Positions 29,003 through 39,680 of a DNA stretch of 64,000 nt are shown here, piece by piece. The position numbers and the translations under genes were made by a program. The DNA comes from an uncultured cyanobacterium (GTDB lineage Bacteria; Cyanobacteriota; Cyanobacteriia; Phormidesmidales; Phormidesmidaceae). The stretch is taken from positions 160,001-224,000 of the forward strand of contig CAWBZI010000006.1 of assembly GCA_963793265.1 (NCBI GenBank). The letters are read 5' to 3'. Position 1 is the stretch's first letter. Each line of letters begins with the position of its first letter. A model generated the notes under the pieces. The model saw only the letters and a list, made by a program, of their open reading frames with translations. It was not told the origin of the DNA and ran no database searches.

Positions 29003-29737
29003 CTAGCGGCCTAGCAGGCGATCGCGAATCCCCTCAGCAATCTTATGGCCCAAATACTCAGGAATCATGCCCTCATTCGGCCCGAGCAAATACAAAATTA
29101 GCCGCGTCCGACCGCGCCACACCAGCAAATTCGCATTCACCACCAGCAAATCCTCCTGCCAAATGGTGTACATCACCTTATAAAAGAGGCCCGGCTGGTT
29201 ATCGGCCTCAATCAAAATAGCGGGCAAATGAAACACCGGATCGACGTAGAACTCAGTCTCAACCTGATCTAAACCCGCGTCCAAATTGAACTCAACGTTC
29301 AGCATATCCTCTACTTCAAACCGACCCGCGAGCGCTTCTCTCACCGCCCGCCGCACGTTCTCAGCCGTCTTCGGCGTCAGCTCCTTTCCGCCGCGAGATA
29401 CGACTAGCTTGGCAAATACCAGCATCGGCGGGTAAATCTGTCCGTAGAGGCTGAGACTGTGGATGGTTAGGCCATAGGCGGCTAAAACGCCGAAGATATC
29501 GCTGAGGAGGAAAGACTGGTTGCGGTAGGCGAAATGGATGGCGGTGCGATCACCCTCGGTGGTCAGCTCAATCACGGCCTTTTTAGTTCTAAAAAGCTGG
29601 TAGGCTAGGCGCAAATTTTGGAGCTGAATATCGCTTCCTACGAACTGCTCGTAAAATTGGGGAAACGCGCGATTGAACCGCTTGAGCAAGTCCAAAGTAG
29701 AGGGTTCAACAGCAGCAGACATACGAGCAATCGACAT
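29003..29737 (-). CDS. Stand-alone tandem ACT-domain protein resembling the GlnD C-terminus
   Basis: Two ACT-like units: YRNQSFLLSDIFGVLAAYGLTIHS and IEADNQPGLFYKVMYTIWQEDLLVVNA. Confidence 0.6.
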   Translation of the reverse strand: MSIARMSAAVEPSTLDLLKRFNRAFPQFYEQFVGSDIQLQNLRLAYQLFRTKKAVIELTTEGDRTAIHFAYRNQSFLLSDIFGVLAAYGLTIHSLSLYGQIYPPMLVFAKLVVSRGGKELTPKTAENVRRAVREALAGRFEVEDMLNVEFNLDAGLDQVETEFYVDPVFHLPAILIEADNQPGLFYKVMYTIWQEDLLVVNANLLVWRGRTRLILYLLGPNEGMIPEYLGHKIAEGIRDRLLGR

Positions 29738-29989
29738 AAAGGGAGCTTGGCCTCCTAGCTCAAAACCTGCCCATGCATTTTTTCAGAGCAAATTCTAAGA
29801 GTTGGCCTAGTTTGCCCGGTTTGTACCGACGCTATTGGGTTTTGTTGATACATTTCCTTATATAGCTTCAGTCGAGCTGCCAGTTGCGAGGTATCAAATA
29901 GTCAAACCGCAAACTAAGCCCATGAAGTGAACGCCCAAGGGATATACTTCTACATAAGCTCACCTTGACGAAATAATTTACTTGCCTGC

Positions 29990-30511
29990 ATGGGTTTCTG
30001 GAAAAGCTTGTTCACTACCACTGAGGTTGCTTCAGCTTCCCAGCAAACAGCCAATGCCGGTTACCTGGCCGAAGCCAAAAGTGCTGATGGCAACACCCGC
30101 ATATTTTTTAGCACCGATCGCACCATCGACCTCTACGAGCTAGAGGAGCTTTGTGATGCCGTGGGCTGGTCGCGCCGCCCCATTCGCAAAGTGCGCAAAG
30201 CGATTCAAAACAGCTTTTTAGTCATTACCATGTGGGAGCAAAAAGGCAATCGCAAGCGCCTGATCGGCTTTTCACGGGCGACTTCTGATCACGCCTTCAA
30301 CGCCACCATTTGGGATGTCGTCGTTCACCCTGACTCACAGGGCAAAGGTCTGGGCAAAGCGCTAATGAAGCAGCTCATTAAAAAGCTTCGCAGCGAAGAT
30401 ATCAGCAATGTGACCTTATTTGCCGATCCTAACGTGGTGAGCTTTTACAAGCAGCTCGGCTTCATGCCCGATCCTGAAGGTATTAAAGGGATGTTCTGGT
30501 ATCCAGATTAG
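29990..30511 (+). CDS. GNAT acetyltransferase (Ycf52-like)
   Basis: [42 protein letters not shown] and GMFWYP motifs. Confidence 0.85.
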   Translation: MGFWKSLFTTTEVASASQQTANAGYLAEAKSADGNTRIFFSTDRTIDLYELEELCDAVGWSRRPIRKVRKAIQNSFLVITMWEQKGNRKRLIGFSRATSDHAFNATIWDVVVHPDSQGKGLGKALMKQLIKKLRSEDISNVTLFADPNVVSFYKQLGFMPDPEGIKGMFWYPD

Positions 30512-30550
30512 ACACATTACATCCCTTCAAGCTTGCTACAGCCCAGCGCG

Positions 30551-30838
30551 TTAGCAGTCATAGCTACGGCATTCGAGCGCATGAGGCGTTTCCAGACAGT
30601 AACGATCAAACGCGGCCTGGCAGGAATAAAGTGGCTGGCGAGATTGAGCCGTTCGTAGCTCTTCGACAGCTTCCCAGGCGATCGCGACATCGACATTCTG
30701 GTAGCCGTGCATCTGCGTCAAGCGACGAGCATGTTCTAGCGCTGCCTTGAGCCGGTTTTCATAAGTAGACTGAGGTGACTGTGGTTGCAGCTCAACAGTA
30801 GAGATTGTGTTTTTGGGTGCAATTGCAATGTTAGTCAT
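30551..30838 (-). CDS. CP12-domain protein, atypical cysteine pattern
   Basis: AWEAVEEL core and C-terminal YC-x8-C-RSYD; no N-terminal Cys pair. Confidence 0.8.
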   Translation of the reverse strand: MTNIAIAPKNTISTVELQPQSPQSTYENRLKAALEHARRLTQMHGYQNVDVAIAWEAVEELRTAQSRQPLYSCQAAFDRYCLETPHALECRSYDC

Positions 30839-31004
30839 GATTAAGTACCAAACAAAAGGATGTTGTGTGAACTGCTTACAGCTTACACATAAACTATATG
30901 GATTATATTTTGAGAAACATATAATTTTTAATTATGTTTCATAAGCTTTGCTTAACCGAATAGAAAATACAACAATCCAAACGAAAACCAGATATGAGCA
31001 CTAG

Positions 31005-31745
31005 TCAGAGACGTCTTTCCGCCGAAAGCTGCGTAGCCATTTCGGTACGAGAAGACACCTCAAGCTTGCGGAATATTTTCTTCAGCGCTTGCTTAACAGA
31101 GTTTTCAGTAATCCAAAGCTCTGCACCGACTTCTGCATTCTTCTTTCCTAGTGATACAAGATCCGCTATTTGTCGCTCGCGAGCGGTAAGGCGCGCTGAT
31201 AGAGGTGTTGCATTACTATTAGAATAGTTTTCAGAGAAACTAGGAGATTGTTGAACACGCACGGTTGCCACCCATACGGATAGATGCAGGCATACCGCAC
31301 TCACGTCAGCTAACGCTTGGTTGTTGAATGCAGGCTGAGACTTTTCGCGAGTGCAGCCTAATACACCAACTAGCTGCCCTTTAGTCACAATCGGGCCTGC
31401 CATCACGTGCCAGTGATCCGGGCGAGGGCAAATAATTTGCCAGGCTTTGGGTGAGGTTACCAGGCTTTCATGAACTGGGGCATGTTGCTCGGCTAGATAG
31501 CGAGCAATTGGGTTACGCTCGGTTGAAAAGGCTGTTTCTATTGCCTTTTTAAAAGCGGGATTTAGGTTGCGGCTGTCTGCTAAGAGGCGATCAAAGAAGA
31601 AGATGCCTGAGCGAGTTGCTGCGAAGTGTTCTTTAATTTTTGGCGTGAGGTGCGATCGCAACTCATCCTCATCTGTCGCTTGATTAATTGCTTGAAGTAG
31701 GCTCTGCAACTGGCTTTTCATCTGGCCCCTTATCTGGCTTCTCAC
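31005..31745 (-). CDS. GAF + LuxR-type HTH transcriptional regulator
   Basis: ICPRPDHWHVMAGPIV sensor region; LTARERQIA...KNAEVG.ELWITENSVK HTH. Confidence 0.85.
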   Translation of the reverse strand: MRSQIRGQMKSQLQSLLQAINQATDEDELRSHLTPKIKEHFAATRSGIFFFDRLLADSRNLNPAFKKAIETAFSTERNPIARYLAEQHAPVHESLVTSPKAWQIICPRPDHWHVMAGPIVTKGQLVGVLGCTREKSQPAFNNQALADVSAVCLHLSVWVATVRVQQSPSFSENYSNSNATPLSARLTARERQIADLVSLGKKNAEVGAELWITENSVKQALKKIFRKLEVSSRTEMATQLSAERRL

Positions 31746-31866
31746 ACTTACAGCAAATGACTATGCTCAAAAAAGACTACCCGAACGTGGTCTAGGCGTC
31801 GTCTGAGCGTCTCTCTATCGTAGAGGGTATAGATGCTCACTGGCATCACTATTACTTGGAGAAAAC

Positions 31867-32538
31867 ATGACTGACCTACCCACTAACTGGCCACATTATG
31901 TCATCGGCATCGTAATTTATCCCGGCATGACCACTCTGGACATCGTTGGCCCTCAAACGGTGTTTAGTGGACTGCCTAACGTTAAAATCCATCGCGTTTG
32001 GAAAACGCTAGAGCCGATTACGGGAGACGATGGCATGGTGATTGTGCCAGATACCACGTTTGCAGACTGTCCGCCTGTCGATGTCATCTGTATCGGCGGC
32101 GGTCGCGGGCAGAGCGCGATTATAGATGACGCTGAGATCCTTGATTTTCTGAAGGCGCAGGGTAACAGCGCCAAGTTCGTAACCTCTGTCTGCGGCGGCT
32201 CTGAGTTTCTTGCCAAAGCAGGGCTGCTCGAAGGCTATCGCGCCGCCACTCATTGGGCAATGCGCCCACAGCTCGCCAAGCTAGGTATTGAAGTCGGCAC
32301 GGAGCGCGTGGTTGTTGATCGCAATCGAACGACGGGCGGCGGCGTCACCGCCGGGATTGATTTTGGGCTGGCGGTTGCTGAAGCGCTCTATGGTAAAGAT
32401 GTGGCCAAAATCAGCCAGCTTTTGATGGAGTACGATCCAGCGCCGCCTTATGACGTGGGTTCGCCTGAAAAAGCTGGGCCTGAGCTGGTAGAAAAAGCGA
32501 TGCAGTACATGGCTCAGACTATGGGTGCAACGCTATGA
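31867..32538 (+). CDS. DJ-1/PfpI family protein (isonitrile hydratase-like)
   Basis: LDIVGP, TSVCGGS, RAATHW, GGGVTAGIDFGL and QLLMEYDPAPPY motifs; divergent from the LuxR regulator. Confidence 0.88.
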   Translation: MTDLPTNWPHYVIGIVIYPGMTTLDIVGPQTVFSGLPNVKIHRVWKTLEPITGDDGMVIVPDTTFADCPPVDVICIGGGRGQSAIIDDAEILDFLKAQGNSAKFVTSVCGGSEFLAKAGLLEGYRAATHWAMRPQLAKLGIEVGTERVVVDRNRTTGGGVTAGIDFGLAVAEALYGKDVAKISQLLMEYDPAPPYDVGSPEKAGPELVEKAMQYMAQTMGATL

Positions 32539-32689
32539 CGACTCATGGTTCTTCCTGTTACTTCTACAGTTCGTGACAGCGCATGTTCAACAGCCATTAC
32601 CGCTAGGCATCCTACATCCGCTCACCGGGCTCATCTTGTTTACGACTTCTACAACGCTTATTCATTGAGCCATGCCATTTGTGATGGGT

Positions 32690-33010
32690 CACTTAGTCTG
32701 ATGTTCTTAACTGAGCAGCCTCTACTTTTTTAAAGCGAGTGCGGATTGGCTATGCGAGATTGACTGGGGCGATCGCCGAATTGAAAGCTGGGAGGATAAG
32801 GAATATGGTGCTGTATGGTCGCGCCATGCATATCTAGATGCTGATGCAGGTTGCATAGAAGTCGAACTTAGCTTTGGTCAGGCAGAGTGGGCCTCTATTG
32901 CCCCGTTAGGTCCAGGTACTCAGCGAGTTGTACGCGACGGTTTCTGCATCCTTTATGATCCACAAGAAAGACTCACGCAGCTAGTGTGCTTTGTCTTGCA
33001 GCAAAGCTGA
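32690..33010 (+). pseudogene. Degraded nucleotidyltransferase-like gene fragment
   Basis: LMFLTEQPLLF, then a +1 shift in a T6 run, then KASADWLCEIDWGDRRIESWEDKEYGAVWSRHAYL...EVELSFG..EWAS..P..PGTQRVVRDGFCILYDP...*. No recognisable GS/DxD N-terminus. Confidence 0.5.
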
Positions 33011-33089
33011 TAATTGAAAATTCATAGTGTATCAGCACACATAGACTGGCAGAATCAATAGGTTCAGCAATTTAGCGAGCTGCATTGTA

Positions 33090-33122
33090 TGTATTTACAA
33101 GGTAAATACACTTAGCTATACT
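33090..33122 (+). promoter_or_regulatory. Sigma70-type promoter with overlapping palindromic operator for the TA operon
   Basis: TTTACA (33094-99), 17 bp, TATACT (33117-22); perfect 9-bp inverted repeat TGTATTTAC-AAG-GTAAATACA. Confidence 0.7.
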
Positions 33123-33129
33123 GCTTCCT

Positions 33130-33426
33130 ATGGATGTGTCCTTCTCGCTCAACGGCATCACCTTTGTCTGGAACGACCAAAAGGCAAGCGCTAACCTGCT
33201 CAAGCACGATGGCATCACTTTTCCTCAAGCTGCCGAAGCTTTCTTCGACCCTCTTCTAGTTGTTGTCGATGCCAGCCGTAACGATGAAGCAAGGGACGCG
33301 ATCATTGCGCTAGATAAGAGATGGAACCTCTTATTCGTTGTGTTCGTTGAGCGAGAAGACGACTACATCCGAATTATCTCTGCTCGCAAAGCGACTCGAC
33401 AGGAGCGCGAATACTATGAAGCCTGA
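33130..33426 (+). CDS. BrnT family toxin
   Basis: FVWNDQKASANLLKHDGITF..A..AFFDP and LFVVFVER....IRIISARKAT.QER motifs. Confidence 0.88.
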   Translation: MDVSFSLNGITFVWNDQKASANLLKHDGITFPQAAEAFFDPLLVVVDASRNDEARDAIIALDKRWNLLFVVFVEREDDYIRIISARKATRQEREYYEA

Positions 33427-33700
33427 TGCTCTCAAAAAAAGACTCAAACGCGATCGCCCGATGACAACGGTCACCATTCGGATGCCTGAAGATGTAATTG
33501 AAGATCTTAAACGAGTAGCACCCATTTTGGGATTCTCCGGTTATCAGCCGCTCGCACGGACTTACATTGGCCAAGGCTTACGCAGCGATTTAGAACGACT
33601 AGAAAACGACACTGTTTCTTCCTTAGTTGAGAGTTTGAAGCGACATGGTGTCGGAGATGATGTCATTCAAGAAGCACTCAATGAAGTCGTAAACGGATGA
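33416..33700 (+). CDS. Putative antitoxin (RHH/BrnA-like)
   Basis: Overlaps the toxin stop; TTVTIRMPEDVIEDLK...GYQPLARTYI resembles the BrnA/RHH C-terminal motif. Confidence 0.75.
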   Translation: MKPDALKKRLKRDRPMTTVTIRMPEDVIEDLKRVAPILGFSGYQPLARTYIGQGLRSDLERLENDTVSSLVESLKRHGVGDDVIQEALNEVVNG

Positions 33701-33735
33701 CTCTCCTACTTATCCATTCTTTTTGGAAGGTCACG

Positions 33736-34596
33736 ATGAAGACAACAAATTTGCTGACTCTACCTGATAATCGGCAGTTAGCCTATGCAGAGTACGGCGA
33801 CCCCAACGGACATCCCGTTTTCTATTTTCATGGCGGCGGAAGTTCTCGTTTAGAGCCCTTGCTGTTAGGCGATGAAGTATTTATCCAATTAGGCTTACGA
33901 CTGATTGCGCCAGATCGCCCAGGAATAGGACGATCAGACTTCCAGTCGAATCGCGAATTTTCTGACTGGACGAAAGATGTCACGTTTCTTGCTGATGTCT
34001 TGGAGCTAGACAAATTTTCAGTGATGGGCGTTTCATCAGGCGGCGGCTATACCGCTGCCTGTGCTGCAAAGATTCCTCATCGATTATATTCAGCCGTGAT
34101 CGTCTCAGGTGCATGGGAATTTACAACGGCGGATTTGCTGAAGCACAAGCGTTGGGGTCTGATTTTAATCAAATATTTTCCCTGGCTGTATCAAGCCTCA
34201 ATGAGATTGACGCAGCGATCGCTCAATAGTCCTCCAGACAAACTATTAAACACCCTCAAAAACACACTTCCAGCAGCAGATTACGCGATATTAAAATCAC
34301 CCGGTCGGATAGAAAAAAGCTGTGAGGCTTTGAACGAAGGACTTCGTTCAGGAACGCAAGGAACTGCTTATGATCTTCAGCTTTACTCCAGAAAGTGGGA
34401 CTTTAGTTTAGATGAAATTCAGATGCCGCTGACACTGTTCTATGGCGAAGAGGATAAGAATGTTCCGCTTGAGTTAGTAAAGCGAACTGCTGCAACTCTG
34501 CCAACGGCAAAGCTAGTGCTGTATCCCAATGAAGGCCATATCTCAGTGGTTATAAATCAGATTGAAGCAATTGCCAAAGCGCTTCTCAGTGAATAA
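33736..34596 (+). CDS. Alpha/beta hydrolase
   Basis: LAYAEYGDPNG.PVFYFHG, PDRPGIG.S, GVSSGG and EGHIS motifs. Confidence 0.85.
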   Translation: MKTTNLLTLPDNRQLAYAEYGDPNGHPVFYFHGGGSSRLEPLLLGDEVFIQLGLRLIAPDRPGIGRSDFQSNREFSDWTKDVTFLADVLELDKFSVMGVSSGGGYTAACAAKIPHRLYSAVIVSGAWEFTTADLLKHKRWGLILIKYFPWLYQASMRLTQRSLNSPPDKLLNTLKNTLPAADYAILKSPGRIEKSCEALNEGLRSGTQGTAYDLQLYSRKWDFSLDEIQMPLTLFYGEEDKNVPLELVKRTAATLPTAKLVLYPNEGHISVVINQIEAIAKALLSE

Positions 34597-34879
34597 TAGC
34601 CTTGTACTTGTGTTGGCGGTAGTGCGGTCTGACAATGCGGACTCATTCATTCTCATCAATATATATTTAATTATATATTTAATTGTCTATAGGAATCATC
34701 GAAAAAGCGCTTATGCCTATTGACTTTTTAATTAACATTCACGTTCGTATGCCTTTATGTTGATTAGGATCGGTTCTGATGCGCAATCGACTTCACTTAT
34801 TTGGTCAACACTTTGACAGCTAAGCTGATTTCTGAATGCCAGCATCACTTTTCCATGCGTCCATGAAAGACATTTTGTC

Positions 34880-37624
34880 ATGATTGAAAGAAAAGAGAAA
34901 AGTCAACCATCACCCTCGCCATTTCACGAGGTGGTTGTTTCTAAAATCGTTGCGCATCTAGGTAGCAACCTAGAAAAGGGCTTAAGCGCCGAAGCTGTTG
35001 TGAAGCGCTATGAAACCGATGGACGAAATGAACTCCCCGTTCAACCTGGAAAACCCGCTTGGCTCCAGTTTCTGCTGCAGTTTAACCAGCCGCTGCTTTA
35101 TATTTTGTTGATCGCAGGGGCGGTCAAAGCCGCTTTGGGTTCTTGGACAAATGCAGGCGTCATTTGGGGCGTGACGGTTCTCAACGCCATTATTGGCTAT
35201 GTTCAAGAAGCCAAAGCCGAAGATGCGATCGCCTCATTGGCTCAAGCTGTCACCACCGAAGCCACCGTGCTACGCGACGGGCAAACGCTGTCAGTCCCTT
35301 CGCGAGACTTGGTTGTCGGCGATGTCGTGCTGCTCACCTCGGGCGACAAAGTTCCTGCCGATGTCAGACTCTTCAAAACCCGAAACTTGCAGGTAGATGA
35401 ATCAGCCCTAACCGGAGAATCTTTACCCATTGAAAAAGGGGTTCATCCTCTCCCGTCAGAAACGCCCCTGGCAGAACGGTCAAACATGGCCTATGCCGGT
35501 AGCTTTGTCACTTTTGGGCAAGGCAGAGGCGTGGTGGTAGCGACAGCAGAAGCCACAGAAGTTGGTCAGATCTCTCGATCGATGAACCGTGGCGTCAATT
35601 TGAGTACGCCGCTCACCCATAAGTTTGCGAAGTTTAGCCGTCTGTTGCTCTACGCCATTTTGGCGCTAGCGACCCTTACGTTTGCAATTGGACTAGGGCA
35701 AGGCGAGTCTTGGGAATATCTGTTTGAGGCGGTCGTGGCGCTGGCGGTCAGTGCCATTCCAGAAGGCTTACCTGCGGTGGTCACCATCACCCTCGCAATT
35801 GGCGTTAATCGTATGGCGCAGCGCAACGCCATCGTCCGCAAGCTGCCAGCTGTAGAAGCGCTCGGGAGTACAACAGTCATCTGCTCCGATAAGACCGGGA
35901 CGCTGACGGAGAATCAGATGACCGTACAGGCAGTTTATGCAGGTAAGCAACACTATCGCGTGAGCGGCAGTAGTTACAGTCCCCACGGACAAATTGTTCC
36001 TTTGTCGGGTAAGAGGGCACATGAAAAAGAAAATCCATTCGAGGATGGACTGCCGAGTGCGCTAAAAGAATGCTTGACAGCGGGGGTGTTGTGCAACGAC
36101 GCTCAGCTCAACCACGACGGCGAGCAATGGTCTGTTGTCGGCGATCCGACCGAAGGGGCACTGCTCGCATCGGCGGTTAAAGCAGATTTAACACAGGTAG
36201 GGCTTGCCGCTCAAAAGCCACGCTTAGATTCGATTCCGTTTGAGTCGCAGTATCAGTACATGGCAACTTTGCACGATGCAGCGTTTCGGGTAATTTATGT
36301 CAAAGGTTCTGTTGAAGCTATCGTGAGTCGATGCGGGCAGATGCTGATGTCCCAAGGGAAAGCTGTCTCACTAGATAGAGAGGCTATTGAACAGGCGCTT
36401 GAGACGATGACAGATCAAGCGCTGAGAGTGTTGGCCTTTGCTTACAAGCAGGTCGATGCTCATACCCACGCGATTGAACATGACGACATCGAGACAGATT
36501 TGGTGTTTCTTGGCTTGCAGGGCATGATTGACCCGCCGCGGCCAGAGGCGATCGCTGCTGTTCAAGCGTGCCAAAACGCGGGCATCCGCATCAAGATGAT
36601 TACCGGCGATCATATTTCTACGGCGCGAGCGATCGCCCACCGTATGAATATTCAACAAACCGATGAGGTAATCGCCTTTGAAGGCCGCGCGTTAGTCTCT
36701 ATGCCAGACGATGAGCTGACCAGAGCCGTTGAATTGGGAGATGTTTTTGCCAGAGTCGCCCCTGCCCAAAAGCTACGGCTGGTGGAAGCGCTACAGGCAA
36801 AAGGAGAGATTGTCGCGATGACTGGGGATGGCGTGAACGATGCGCCCGCCCTAAAGCAAGCAGATATTGGCATTGCGATGGGCAAAGGCGGTACTGAAGT
36901 CGCCAGAGAAGCCGCCGATATGATCCTGACAGATGATAATTTTGCCTCTATTGAGACTGCCGTAGAAGAAGGCCGCACAGTCTATCAGAATTTGCGGAAG
37001 GCGATCGCGTTTCTACTGCCGGTCAATGGCGGTGAGTCCATGACCATTCTCATCAGTGTCTTGTTAGCAAGAGACTTACCTATTCTCTCGCTACAGGTGC
37101 TTTGGCTCAATATGATCAATTCTTTGACGATGACGGTGCCGCTGGCGTTTGAACCTAAATCCACAAGTTCAATGCAGCAGCCTCCCCGAAATCCAAAAGA
37201 GCCGCTAATTACAGGGCGACTGCTCAAACGAATTCTGTTGGTTTCTCTATTCAACTGGATTCTTATTTTCGGCATGTTTGAATGGGCAGAAGCGGCCTTT
37301 GGCAGTACGGTAGTGGCACGAACAATGGCGATTCAGGCATTAGTGGCGGCTCGAATTGTTTATTTGCTCAGCATTAGCCAGTTGGGAGCCGGACTGACAG
37401 GCTGGCTGCGCGATCGGTCGGTATCAGTGACAAATGCACCTTTTTTGCTCTGGGGGATTGCAGGTGCGATCGCCCTGCAAGTCGTTTTTAGCCAATGGCC
37501 CTTAATGAATACGCTCTTCGAAACCGCGCCGCTGACATGGGGACAATGGTTAATTTGTTTATTGCCGATGCTGCCGATGTTGCCCTTTGCCGTTTTAGTG
37601 GATCGAGTTGACTCACAGCATTAG
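34880..37624 (+). CDS. Cation-transporting P-type ATPase (P2A/PacL-like)
   Basis: [12 protein letters not shown], phosphorylation site [17 protein letters not shown] and [12 protein letters not shown] motifs. Confidence 0.93.
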   Translation: MIERKEKSQPSPSPFHEVVVSKIVAHLGSNLEKGLSAEAVVKRYETDGRNELPVQPGKPAWLQFLLQFNQPLLYILLIAGAVKAALGSWTNAGVIWGVTVLNAIIGYVQEAKAEDAIASLAQAVTTEATVLRDGQTLSVPSRDLVVGDVVLLTSGDKVPADVRLFKTRNLQVDESALTGESLPIEKGVHPLPSETPLAERSNMAYAGSFVTFGQGRGVVVATAEATEVGQISRSMNRGVNLSTPLTHKFAKFSRLLLYAILALATLTFAIGLGQGESWEYLFEAVVALAVSAIPEGLPAVVTITLAIGVNRMAQRNAIVRKLPAVEALGSTTVICSDKTGTLTENQMTVQAVYAGKQHYRVSGSSYSPHGQIVPLSGKRAHEKENPFEDGLPSALKECLTAGVLCNDAQLNHDGEQWSVVGDPTEGALLASAVKADLTQVGLAAQKPRLDSIPFESQYQYMATLHDAAFRVIYVKGSVEAIVSRCGQMLMSQGKAVSLDREAIEQALETMTDQALRVLAFAYKQVDAHTHAIEHDDIETDLVFLGLQGMIDPPRPEAIAAVQACQNAGIRIKMITGDHISTARAIAHRMNIQQTDEVIAFEGRALVSMPDDELTRAVELGDVFARVAPAQKLRLVEALQAKGEIVAMTGDGVNDAPALKQADIGIAMGKGGTEVAREAADMILTDDNFASIETAVEEGRTVYQNLRKAIAFLLPVNGGESMTILISVLLARDLPILSLQVLWLNMINSLTMTVPLAFEPKSTSSMQQPPRNPKEPLITGRLLKRILLVSLFNWILIFGMFEWAEAAFGSTVVARTMAIQALVAARIVYLLSISQLGAGLTGWLRDRSVSVTNAPFLLWGIAGAIALQVVFSQWPLMNTLFETAPLTWGQWLICLLPMLPMLPFAVLVDRVDSQH

Positions 37625-37699
37625 GGGCAGTGTTGAGGGCGACCGTCTGTTCAAAGAAACTGATTCAATACGTTGTACTAAAAGTAATCCTTAGAGGTA

Positions 37700-38161
37700 A
37701 TGACTCAAATGATCAACAAGATTTTAGTAGCCCTGGACTACGGTGATACCTGTCAGAGCGTTTTTGAACAGGCCATAAGCTTGGCACAGGCAACGCAATC
37801 TGCGCTAAAAATGCTGAACGTTTTAGCTTTTGAACGAGATTACAGTTTGTCTTCTCCCTATTCCGATCAGGATTGGAGAACTTATCAAACGCAATACAAG
37901 GCGCTAGAAACCGGAAGCTCAAAACAACTAGAGGAGTTTGCTCAGCAGGCAAAAGAAGCTGGGGTCGCAGCTGAGGTTACGCAGAAGATTGGAAATGCAG
38001 GGCCAGTGATTTGCGAGTTGGGCAAAGCTTGGAAAGCAGATTTAATTATTGTAGGTAGTCATGGTCGAAAAGGATTAAGCGAAATGCTTCTAGGTAGCGT
38101 GAGTAACTATGTTGTGCATCACGCGACCTGTTCGGTTATGGTTGTTCACAAGCCAGACTGA
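37700..38161 (+). CDS. Universal stress protein
   Basis: KILVALD...ADLIIVGSHGRKGLSEMLLGSVSNYVVHHATCSVMVV. Confidence 0.92.
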   Translation: MTQMINKILVALDYGDTCQSVFEQAISLAQATQSALKMLNVLAFERDYSLSSPYSDQDWRTYQTQYKALETGSSKQLEEFAQQAKEAGVAAEVTQKIGNAGPVICELGKAWKADLIIVGSHGRKGLSEMLLGSVSNYVVHHATCSVMVVHKPD

Positions 38162-38212
38162 TATAAGTCTTGCAAATTGTGATCGCGCCTACAATTCCTA
38201 CCCCAAACTCAG

Positions 38213-39103
38213 TCACTTTCGATAGGCTTTGGGTGTCAGCCCTGTCATCTGACGGAAAAATTTTGTGAGATGGGTTTGATTTGCAAAGCCGCAATCTAAG
38301 GCGATGGTGCTAATTGTAATCGATTGATCTTCTAGTAATTGCTTGGCTCGCTCCACGCGTTGTTGCATCAAGTACCGATAGGGCGGGATGCCTGTTGACT
38401 GCTTGAAGGAGCGGCTAAAGTGAGATTCGCTCATGCCAGTTAGGGTCGCTAAATCCGAGATCGATAAATCTTGCGCCAAGTTCGCCTTCATATAGTCAAT
38501 GACTCGATTCAACTGTGATGGCGGTAACCCGTTGGCTTTGAACACGAGCGAAGGTTTGCTAGCTGCATAGTTCGACGCTAAGCGAGTAGCCAAGGCTGTT
38601 CCTAATGCCTCGCCATACAGCCTGCCGGACAGGCAGCCCGTTTGAATTTCTGTTTTGAGCGCGATCGCCAACTGCCGAATTACAGGATCATCAATTGAAA
38701 ACTGCGGAATCAGCTCTATTTCACGCTGCCTCAAGCCCTGAGTAGCTCGATTCAACAATGTCGGACAAATCGCAATCACCGAAAATTCGACTTCCCGATC
38801 CCAGTTTGTTGAATGATTCAGAAACGCTGGAATAATATCCACGCGACCGTTGCCATGAGCATATTGTCTAAATTTGCCGTCCAAACGACGTTCTGCCTTA
38901 AAGCAGCTTTTAGGATCTGTAATCACTAATGAATGCTGTAGAAGGCGATGCTCCATCGTTTCATGAGGAGGATGGCAGTAGTGAATGAAGGTCAACCCTT
39001 TCCATCCTGCACGATAGCTATCAACCAGGGGTGAGTGTGGAAGCATTCGCGCGGCTTCCTGTTGGTTTGTAAGATCAAGTGTGGCGGTTGCATGATTCAC
39101 CAT
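38213..39103 (-). CDS. AraC family transcriptional regulator
   Basis: MSESHFSRSFKQSTG.PP..Y....RVERAK and IALDCGFANQTHLTKFFRQMTGLTP double HTH. Confidence 0.92.
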   Translation of the reverse strand: MVNHATATLDLTNQQEAARMLPHSPLVDSYRAGWKGLTFIHYCHPPHETMEHRLLQHSLVITDPKSCFKAERRLDGKFRQYAHGNGRVDIIPAFLNHSTNWDREVEFSVIAICPTLLNRATQGLRQREIELIPQFSIDDPVIRQLAIALKTEIQTGCLSGRLYGEALGTALATRLASNYAASKPSLVFKANGLPPSQLNRVIDYMKANLAQDLSISDLATLTGMSESHFSRSFKQSTGIPPYRYLMQQRVERAKQLLEDQSITISTIALDCGFANQTHLTKFFRQMTGLTPKAYRK

Positions 39104-39239
39104 AGGCTTTACACAATTAAAATTTCACAGTTCAAGATTTCATAGCCCAAGCAGGATTGGGATAGTTTTAGCAGAATTAGATGAGACGGCAGATTGAGGC
39201 TAAGTCTATTGTAGGGGTGCTCACTTCACCGAATCTCCT

Positions 39240-39622
39240 ATGCCAAATCAACCTGCACCAGAAATCGAGCTGCTACGCGGAGCGTACACGGCCTTTAACG
39301 CACGTGATATTGATGCGGCCCTTGCCCTCATGACGCCTGACGTGCACTGGCCGAGAGCTTTCAAAGGTGGTTTTGTCCGTGGGCCTGAAGAAGTCCGCGC
39401 TTACTGGACACAGCAGTGGAGTGAGATTAGCGGACACGTCGAGCCGGTTGCCTTTCATATAGAAAAAGATGGGCAGGTCTTAGTCGAGGTGCATCAGGTC
39501 GTGAAAATTTAGCCGGGGCTGTGCTTGCCGATGAGCACGTTGGTCATCGCTTCACCTTTGATCAAGGCTTGATTCAAGCGATGGAAGTTTGCCCGCTTTC
39601 GTCATCTAGCCAGGGTACATAA
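39240..39622 (+). pseudogene. SnoaL/NTF2-like protein with a one-base deletion frameshift
   Basis: AYTAFNARDID...DVHWP...VRAYW...EVHQVV stops at 39512. Adding one A at 39504-39507 gives KNLAGAVLADEHVGHRFTFDQGLIQAMEV...* ending at 39622. Confidence 0.75.
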
Positions 39623-39680
39623 GCGCTTCTGATGACTTGCGCTACGCTGGCAGGTGCATGATAAAAGGCCAACATAGTCT

